The notes below the pieces were generated by a model that was not told where the DNA came from, did no database searches, and worked only from the letters and a program-made list of their open reading frames with translations. From Octopus vulgaris (taxonomy: Eukaryota), in the NCBI GenBank assembly GCA_951406725.2, contig OX597817.1, positions 37,696,001-37,760,000 on the forward strand: a DNA stretch of 64,000 nucleotides, given 5' to 3'. A program made the translations under genes and the position numbers. Below are positions 54,810 through 64,000 of the stretch, one piece after another. Positions within the stretch are counted from its first letter, which is position 1. Every line of letters starts with the position of its first letter.

Positions 54810-55022
54810 ATGTATGTATGTATGTATGTATGTATGTATGTATACAAACATACACACATATGCACGTATATACAAAACACAGCTCTACTTTAGTGTATTG
54901 AGCACTGTGTCTATGACATAAATATGTACCGAATATCTCCATGGTAACATTTCAAATCGAAATCTGAAATGTCTAAACCTGTCTTTTGATTTCTCTCCAC
55001 GCATGTGTGTATGTGCGTGCAC

Positions 55023-55063
<41 letters not shown>

Positions 55064-55487
55064 AGGGAGAAGTGGTTATGGGGGTAATGACAGAACGAGA
55101 AATGACGAATTCATATTCCGGAAACTTACGCTAATTATGATGTAGAAGAAATAGCTTAATAATACTTTTCGTAAACACAGACAGACATGAAATTGCAACA
55201 GGAGAACGAGGGTGAGTGAATGGTGAGTGAAGGAAGGGGGCGTGGAGGGAAGATGTTGAATGCTCTGGAACGGAGGAGGAGGAGGAAGAGGAGTAAATAG
55301 AGAATCGTTTAGTGACAATACAGTTGGAAATTGTCAGAATATAAATTATACCATCATCATTTCCATAGTAATAATACATCTCGTTACTGTTGTGTAGTAA
55401 GTCTAGTGTTTCTCCGTAAAATGAGCTCCGTTAAAATATGCTGGTCCGTCAGTTATGGTGGTTTAGTTTTGTTGTTTTTTTTGGCGA

Positions 55488-55830
55488 TCTTTCGTCTCTA
55501 GTAGACCTTTCCGTCGATTTCCGTAAAAAATTTTTTCTTTTTTACATATGGGCTTGCGGGAACTTTTGAAGTAATGAGAGCGAAAGAGACTAAGAGAAAG
55601 CGATTGTATGACGAGGGAAGTTCTTTTGAAGTTACCGTGCATACCCTATCAAACACACACACACATGTACATCAATGCTTCCCATGCACGGTAACTTCAA
55701 AAGAACTTCCCTCGTCATACAATCGCTTTCTCTTAGTCTCTTTCGCTCTTCAAAAGTTCCCGCAAGCCCATATGTGAAAAAAAAAAATTTTTACGGAAAT
55801 CGACGGAAAGGTCTACTAGAGACGAAAGAT
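55488..55830. repeat. Near-perfect long inverted repeat (foldback/MITE)
   Basis: ~150-bp arms (ATCTTTCGTCTCTAGTAGACC...GTTACCGTGCAT) around a ~41-nt spacer. Confidence 0.85.
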
Positions 55831-56026
55831 GGCCTTTTTTTTCATAAATTTTAATAAATGTTTTTTTCATAAATTTTAATAAATGTTTCTTTTATAAAAA
55901 GGAAATGGCATTCACCGTTTAGAAAATTATAAGACCTTTGTTTTATATATTAACCGCAGGAATGACTCCGTGGTGAAGAAACTCCCTTTGTGACCACTTA
56001 GTTTCGGGTGCAGTCCCATTGCGTGG

Positions 56027-56710
56027 TTACTCTACCCAGATTACAAGCTCAGGTTTATTCATGTAATTACCTGGGGCTCTGGGATATGTGACACACTGCC
56101 TAAATACCAATCTTGAGAAATTAGGCTTCTCAAAACCAAAAAGGAGAAAGCTAACTCGAAGACTCCAGATCCAATCCATCACTGGAACTGGAAAAATTTC
56201 CAGAACTGTAAAACTTTCTAAAAGTTTATAATTTAAATATATATGAGCAAGTCTAGATGTGCAACTATATGCATGAGAAGACATACATAAAACAAAATGT
56301 GACCGCGTGTGTATCGTGGGCGATTTCTTTTCCTCCATCTTCCCTTCCTTGGATCTTTCCTTTTCCAATGTTTCTGACGACGAGCTCCGCTCGAAACGTT
56401 AAATTCTCCTTCTTTCTTTCCTTTCTTGAGCGTCCAATAACACTATACCTGTTCCACGTCCTCGCGTTGTGTTTTCTCTTTGTGTTTTCATATTTGGATT
56501 AACTTTACATACATACACACATACATACACACACACATACATACATACATACATACATACATACATACATACATACATACATACATACATACATGCAAAA
56601 ATACCCTGTTGTTGATGTTGCAATTCCAATGGAGGAGCCTTGGATCTAGGTTAGAAACCGGTTCTTTCTCTCTAGGCAAGAAATCTTGAAATAAAACTGA
56701 ACAATGGCAC
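56027..56710 (+). mobile_element. RLE-type LINE 3' fragment with inserted hammerhead-bearing segment
   Basis: Homologous to 16325-16740. The extra segment ~56297-56505 is absent from the other copy. Confidence 0.7.
56367..56405 (+). ncRNA. Minimal type I hammerhead motif
   Basis: TTT-CTGACGA-C-GAGC(TCC)GCTC-GAAA-CG-TT-AAA; palindromic AACGTT stem III typical of dimer-forming minimal hammerheads. Confidence 0.55.
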
Positions 56711-56914
56711 ACTTACTTATGTCAGTTTGTATATGTGTGTCATTGTGTTTGTCCTCACACCACTTGACATCCGGTGTTGGTTTGTTTTCGTTCCTGTAAC
56801 TAAGCAGCTCGGCAAAAGAACCGATAATACAAGTTCCAGACCGAGGTTAATTTGTTCGGTTAAACCTACCAAGGCGGTGCTCCAGCACGGTCGCAGTCCG
56901 ATGAATGAAGCAAG

Positions 56915-57875
56915 TAAAAAGTTCCAGAAAAATGGATATTTTTTTAACGAAATCTTCAACTTTTTTAATGAAAGCTTCAGATTGTAGATTCCAGTTATAC
57001 AGGAATTTGGGGTGAAAATTTTTTTCCCCGAGGGTAGGGTAAGGAGTTTCGGAAAATTTACTCGAGTTGGCTTTGTTTCTTCATAACTTTCAGAAAAACA
57101 GGCAACTTTTTGATGAAATTTTCTACAAATATCTTTTAGAGTGTGTAGGTTACGAGTATGTCGGAATTTAATATGAAATATGAAATAAATAAATAAATAA
57201 ATAAATTGGTGGGCTTGTACACATACTGACACAAAATGAAACCTGAACTTTCGACAAAAAAAAATTGTAATGTATGCCAGTAAATTGTGTGTACGACTCC
57301 ACCAATTTATTATTATTATTTTTTTATTTTTTTCGTATTAAATTCCGATTTAATCGTAATCCACATACTCTGAAAGGTATTTGTGAATTTTATTTAAAAA
57401 TACCCATTTTTCTAAAAAGATATGAGGAAACAAAATCGACTCGTGTGAATATTTTGAAACTCCTCACCCCACCTTCGGAAAAGAATTATTCCCATTAGAT
57501 GGTGTTACACATTCATATCTATGTGTTTGCGTATGCCAAACTACATCCCACCGCTGCCACTATGTTATGTGTAGTTTGTGTTCTAATGGGAAAGACAACC
57601 AATTGAAAACCATTGTTATTGTTACGTGTTTAATTTCTATTCATGTTACACGGACGACGACATTCGGCGTAGTAATACATTATATACTTTACACAGTTGT
57701 ACTGTTCACTAACAAAATAGTGCCAATACTGGGGATGTAGTTTGGCATACGCAAACACATAGATATGAATGTGTAACAGATGGTAATATAATCGGAATCT
57801 ACTCCATCTGAAGCGTATTTGTACAAAATTTCATAAAAAAATATCCACTTTTCTGGCAGTTATGAAGAAACAAAA
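56915..57875. mobile_element. Old foldback element with long diverged arms
   Basis: Left arm 56915-57230 matches the reverse complement of 57275-57500 plus 57780-57875. Confidence 0.6.
57503..57778. mobile_element. MITE with TGT...ACA termini (Ginger-like)
   Basis: ~45-bp perfect TIR TGTTACACATTCATATCTATGTGTTTGCGTATGCCAAACTACATCCC; 5-bp TSD GATGG. Confidence 0.85.
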
Positions 57876-58819
57876 CCGCAAGAGGGACGGATTAATGTAG
57901 GTAGACCTTTTTCTAAGAAGGCGCGTGGCTTAGTGGTTAGAGAATTTGGCTCACGATCGTAATGTCGTGAGTTCAATTCCCGGCGACGCGTTGTGTCCTT
58001 GAGCAAGATGCTTTATATCACATTTCTCCAATTCATTCAGCTAGAAAAATGAGTAGTACCTGTATTTCAAAGGGCCAGCCTTGTCACATTCTGTATCATG
58101 CTGAAACTCCCTGTGAACTACGTTAAGGGTACACTTGCACGTTAATTTCACGAGCAGGCCGTTCCGTTGATTGGATCAACTGGAACCCTTGTCGGAGTGT
58201 AATATGCAATACAACATAATCTAGTTGGTCTTTTAGACAGAAGAAGGTGATTTGAGAATAAATTGGTGGAGGTACTCAACGAAGGCGACTACGCAATGCC
58301 GTCTTAGGCCATGGTCCTTTTGGGCAGTTACCCAGGTCTAGGGACCCAATTCTAATTTATATATGTTGTCGCTTGCTGTCAATAAGTTAATGCTATCGGG
58401 CCCAGGTTTTCGAAAGGGCTTGTGATGTTGTTAAGGCGGCATTGTGATCATGTATCGCTTGAGTAATCCCAATGATCCAAGACCAGTGACGAAGATAGAG
58501 TGTGCACTATCTGGGGAAGCTCTTGAGTTTGCCACCCTCCTCAGGCCAATACAATTTATACTGGCTTCTCGAACAGGCCCTTAAGTTCTGCCCCTTAAAA
58601 GTGTCGCCCGGGGCGGACCGACCCCTACTCTTCAGCTACACTGCTGTCTAACAATCATGTTTTTTTTTACTTATGTGCAAGGAACCCAGGATCACATTGG
58701 CAGACTTTCGGAATAGGCATCACTATTACATGAGGAACGAAAAGGACATGGAATTGGGGATAGGGGCAGAAATCTAAAAAAGAAATTGAATGTTTTGGAT
58801 AAAAAAAAAATTATTTCAC

Positions 58820-59270
58820 GGATCTTTTCCTTTTGAACGGCACTTTGTAACATAATTTCTAGGTAACTAAAAAGTTTTAAACTTCGTATACTGGTAGAAT
58901 GTGTTTATAAAATATCATTTTCTCTTGGCTTTATTGAGAAAATTCTATAGGTTGTAACATATTTCGTCTAAAATTTCTTGCATTTCGGCAATTTTAACCA
59001 ATCGCTGATGTCCATTTAGGTAAATAACATTCTGTGCATAATGAATATGTCCCTCCTTTAAGAAACAGATTGGGTTTATTTACATTTGTGAAGAAAAAAA
59101 AGATACCCTTCTCCCACCCCTAACCCTAACTCTAACCCTAAATCTAAAATAGATTGAAATGCAATAGATCGATACTAGGGTTATAATTATGGGTGACAAT
59201 TTCATACGACGCCGCTATGGAAAATACCTAGAAATTATGTTACAAAGTGCCGTTCAAAAGGAAAAGATCC
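58820..59270. mobile_element. Merlin-like MITE
   Basis: 46-bp perfect TIR GGATCTTTTCCTTTTGAACGGCAC...; 8-bp TSD TATTTCAC. Decayed relative at ~46690-46860. Confidence 0.85.
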
Positions 59271-60016
59271 TATTTCACAATTGTAATTATCGTTGCATGA
59301 AACACGGGTATAGAAAGAAATGAAGAAAATAACACTCAATTCCTTGTTATCTTCCTTCTCCGTGAGGTAGTAATGTCTACTGCGAAAGTCCGCCACCACA
59401 TTGTCTAATATATCCTTTTCTCAGACGGCGGGAGTGGTTTGTGGAAGATGAGATTAGGCTGTTATTTCTAGCGGGTTGAATAACTGAGTCGACAACTATG
59501 GCAACGATTATAGTATTGTTAGTATGATTTATCTCAAACCTGATATAAACAGTATTGGTTGGATACAAATCAAAGCTTGTTATTCAAATGTTATAAGTGG
59601 GCAGATGAGTGAGTGAAAATATAGGTGGGCGGATGAGTGACTAAAAGGTAGAAGCGTGAGTGGACGGGTGGATTCTTGAGTGAGTGAAAGGGTAAACTGA
59701 TGAGTGAGTGGGTGAATAAGAGAGAAAAGATGGGCGGATGAGTGAGTGAACGAGTAGGTGGTTGAATATGTCTATAAAAGAGAGTAGCTGAGTGAGATGA
59801 GTGTTGGTATTAGTAGGTGAAATGAGCGAGCAAGCGAGAGAGAGATAGAGAGAGAGAGTGTGTATATATATATGTGGGTGTGTGTGCAAGAGGAAGAAAT
59901 GCGTGAGTGGCTAAAAAAATACGTACGCGACTGAGTAGGCGAAAGGTAAAAGAAAATCGTTCGTGTAAATACAACTACATACATGCGCTTGTGCACGCTC
60001 ACACACACACGAGCAT

Positions 60017-60106
<90 letters not shown>

Positions 60107-60543
60107 GGGAAAGGCAGATATATTTAAGGACAATGCTGAATTAATTATATATTCATGCGTAGGAAGAACGAGAGTCAATAGTTGATAATTATGATAACAA
60201 CGGACAGAAAAAAAAAAATTTTCAGATTTTCATAAAGGGAAATGGAACCACAAAAATAGATGTTAAAACAGATAAGAGGAACGAATGAATAGGGTGAAGG
60301 AATAAATGGAAAGTAGCTAAACGAAGATAATGATAATGATAAATGCGCGCCGACAAGGGTCCCTGTGTGTCATCGCACGACCTGGTAGAAAGGAGTCAAA
60401 TCATCTTTCAGTTATATGCCAATATTTGGAAAAGGAAAGGGTGTTAAATCATGTAGTGCTAGACAGATACTGCCCGAGAGATGAATGGGTTGATAATAGG
60501 TCTGCTCAATCAAGCCCTGACATGGCCTAAACGACAACAGAAA

Positions 60544-60914
60544 TCTTTATATATAAAAGTAAGGTTGTGTGTCTGTCTCCTACGATTTGGATTCCTAACC
60601 ACTCCCACATTTTGCGGTGTAGTTTAACCAAAACCGGGTATCTTATAGTCGTGATTCATATCGAGCCCTTCTGGGTATTAGCGCGCGTCTACGATGAGTC
60701 TACGATTTAAAAAAAAAATTACCATCATTTTTTCCATTTTAGTGCATTTTTTCGCTATTATATAAGGGAAGTAACTCTCTAAAAATGTCTACGATGAGTC
60801 AACGATTTAAAAAAAAATTACCACTTTTAATGCATTTTTTGGCTATAACTCTCTAAAAATGCTTATATAGTTATTTCCCTTACAAACCCGAGCAACGCCG
60901 GGCGATACTGCTAG
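60544..60914 (+). mobile_element. Non-autonomous Helitron
   Basis: A|TC...hairpin...CTAG|T, same family as 15864-16258. Confidence 0.85.
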
Positions 60915-60929
60915 TAATAAATGATACTG

Positions 60930-61750
60930 GCTTCAAATTTTGGCATGGCCAGCAAGTTCAGGGGAGGGGCTAAATCGATTTCACCGACCCCTAGTGCTCA
61001 ACTGGTACTTATTTTATCAACTCCGAAAGGATGAAAGGCAAAGTCGATCCTGGTAGGATGTGAACTCAGAACGTAATGACGGACGAAGAGCCGCTAAGCA
61101 TTTTCTCCCAGCGTGCTAACGTTTCTGCCAGCACACCGCCTTAAAATATAAAATATTTTTTTTCTACTCTAGGCATAAGACTCGAAATTTTTTGAAAGGG
61201 GGGCCAATCGATTATATCGACTCCAGTACGCGATTGGTACTTAATTTATCGACCCCGAAAGGATGAAAGGCAAAGTCGACCTCGGCGGAATTTGAACTCA
61301 GAATATAAAGACAGACGAAATATAGTTAAGCATTTCGCCATGCGTGCTAACGTTTCTTATTTCTTTATTATCCACAAGGAGCTAAAAATAGAGGGGGTAA
61401 ACAAGGACAGACAAAGGGATTAAGTCGATTACATCGACCTCAGTGCATAACTAGTACTTAATTTATCGACCCCGAAACGATGAAAGGCAAAGTCGACCTC
61501 GGCGAAATTTGAATTCAGAACGTAATAGCAGACGAAATACCTATTTCTTTACTGCCCACAAGGGGCTAAACACAGAGAGGACAAACAAGGACAGACAAAC
61601 GGATTAAGTCGATTATATCGATTCCAGTGCGTAACTGGTACTTAATTTATCGACCCCAAAAGGATGAAAGGCAAAGTCGACCTCGGCGGAATTTGAACTC
61701 AGAACGTAACAGCAGACAAAATACGGCTACGCATTTCGCCAGCTCGCCCG
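60930..61750 (-). mobile_element. SINE family A trimer (61160-61750) plus adjacent older monomer
   Basis: Same internal junctions as 1179-1770. Confidence 0.85.
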
Positions 61751-63788
61751 CCAAAGGCACCCAAGATCCACTTGCTGTTTTTTATTTTTTGTTATTGGGC
61801 AACAAATTATGTCTACCTTCAAAGAGAAGGCCTCTTCAGCAAGTTTTTTTTACCCAACTTCCGTCAACCAAATTTCGAGTGGGCGGTCATATACACCTTA
61901 TCTAAGGTTCCACGCAATGGGATTGAACCCAAAACGAAGCAGTTACAAAGCGAAGTTCTTAACCACACATCCATTCCAGTTCTGATTACTCTATTTCTCC
62001 CTGGAAACCGAACATCCAGACATCTTTTCCTCACATTTATACGTTGGGTATAATTAAGGAAGATTCTAGAACCATTTATTTATACAGAGCCGAGCAACAA
62101 CATAGAGGCTTCGCATTAGTTGCGTAAATCAAAGCTGGAACGGCTTTGATCGTAGTTTTGCTCAATCAGGACAGAATTGAGGCTTAACAGTAATCAAAAG
62201 GAAACCCCATTCAGCTCTGCTTTGAGTTCATATTGCCGCCACTCGTTCTTCGTCCGTGTGATATTTGCACGTTGCTATGACAGCCAGCGTTTAACCGCAA
62301 TCGTTCGTTGCCATGACGATACAACAGCATCGTCGGTGTGTGTTGTTGCATTAAGAAAAAGGAAAAAAGTAATCACCAACTAGATAGAGATGGAGAACAG
62401 AGCGCTTATTCCTGTGCCTGATGATTTGACTGTCGGATTGGATTCACTGTCTTTCGAGAAGGCCTTCGGAGAAAACAAGTCAAAATACCTCAACAAATTG
62501 CGCTATTCTTGTAAGATAATAAACATAGCTATATGTGTGTACGCCGTATATTTTATTAATGCCTTGGATGCCATCAAGTAAGTTGGTAGTAATAATATGA
62601 TCGACGGGGGAAAAACATTCTTTTTCTGATTTGATTTCTGTTGTTACAATGGTGTGTGTATGTCTGTGTGTGCGTGTATGTCTGTGTATGTTTGTGTGTG
62701 CGTGCGTGTTTATATATGTATACATACACTTAAGTACGTATGTACGCAAGTTTGTAGTATGTACGTACACAAGTTTCTATGTATGTATGTATGTATGTAT
62801 ACATGCATGTATGTATACATGCATGTATGTATGTATACATGTATGTATGTATGTATGTATACATGCATGTATGTATGTATACATGCATGTATGTATGTAT
62901 ACATGCATGTATGTATGTATGTATACATGCATGCATGTATGTATGTATGTATCAATGTATTACATGTAAATTTATGAGGATATTAAAAGACGTAAGTCGG
63001 TAATAGCATACTGAGGCTTCTTCCGGTAGTGAACCGAAAACGAACGGCTTGAAGGGAATGGAATTCTTGATATGTGTGTAGGGAGTGGGGAATGTGTGTG
63101 TGTGTTAGTATGCATGTATCTGTATATCCATTCATGTAAACTTGCATGTGTATGTGTGTATGAGACTCTTCATTTAACGTCTGTTTTTCCATGCTAGCAT
63201 GGGCTGAGTGGTTCGACTTGAACTGACGAGCAGAGGGCTGTACCAAGTTCTAATGCCTGCTTTTGCCTGATTTCTGCAGCTGGATGCCTTTCCTAACGCC
63301 AACTACTTCACTGAATGTAGTGTGTACGTTTTCCGTGATGCCAGCACTGGTGAGGTCACCAAGTATCCATAACACAAGAAACCCTCTCAACTGAGTGGTT
63401 ATAGTGCTGCGGGAAATAAAAGCAGGTGTTTCGCTGATGAGCTGAATACATGCACACACACACACGTGTGTGTATGTATATATATTTCGTTTTTGGATTT
63501 GGTTTGCTTAAACTAACAAAAGGGAACGCAGTGTAAATAACGGACAGAGTCAAAACTATTGAAATAGCAAGACGCAACGAAATTATTAGGACAATAAAAA
63601 TAAGAAAAAAATGTGGAAATTTTACCGGTGAGTGTGTTACATAATAAGGCACAAAGAAAATGACTCTCCCCAGACACAACAGTATATATATCGTTATTTC
63701 TATTCTGTTTTAACAAAACTGTCTGACGAAGGGGAACGGGAAACTCTGAGTACCAGCTTTTGTTATATTTCTGCTGTTTTTAAATAAA

Positions 63789-63828
<40 letters not shown>

Positions 63829-64000
63829 CAACAGTTGGTTGCAGTTAATCATATATACAACTGGAATAATAATTTGTCTATACTTCGGTATGTAGATATT
63901 TGTTCCTATACTTTCGTAATATACACGATTCCCTTTGTTTGACCTGACCTGGTGCTTTACCATTTTAGTACCTGATTTTTGAAGTCTTATATGTGTCTGT

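Noticed and set aside
63720-63760. CTGACGA / CTGATGA motifs here and at ~48317 and ~49311 as hammerheads
   Set aside because: The GAAA half-core or the stems are missing or broken.

Overview
AT-rich, microsatellite-dense eukaryotic DNA, most likely from an octopus or other coleoid cephalopod (inferred from the repeat landscape, not proven). There are two credible protein-coding genes. One is a 4-coding-exon FAM50/XAP5 gene on the minus strand (33872-39635, 342 aa when spliced). The other is an unrecognised single-exon 379-aa ORF on the plus strand (20559-21698) built from [FY]xxPxx hexapeptides. The rest is layered mobile DNA: tRNA-derived SINEs, non-autonomous Helitrons, Tc1/mariner, MULE, Merlin-like and Ginger-like MITEs, and RTE, CR1/L2, RLE-type LINE, Penelope-like and Gypsy remnants. 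The most unusual element is a ~480-nt rod-like inverted repeat (47249-47727). It has strand-biased G:U wobble, a type I hammerhead-like fold in one arm and a decayed opposite-polarity counterpart in the other. Two further hammerhead motifs occur at ~7990 and ~56375. All alignments and folds were done by eye, and repeat boundaries are approximate unless TSDs are quoted.
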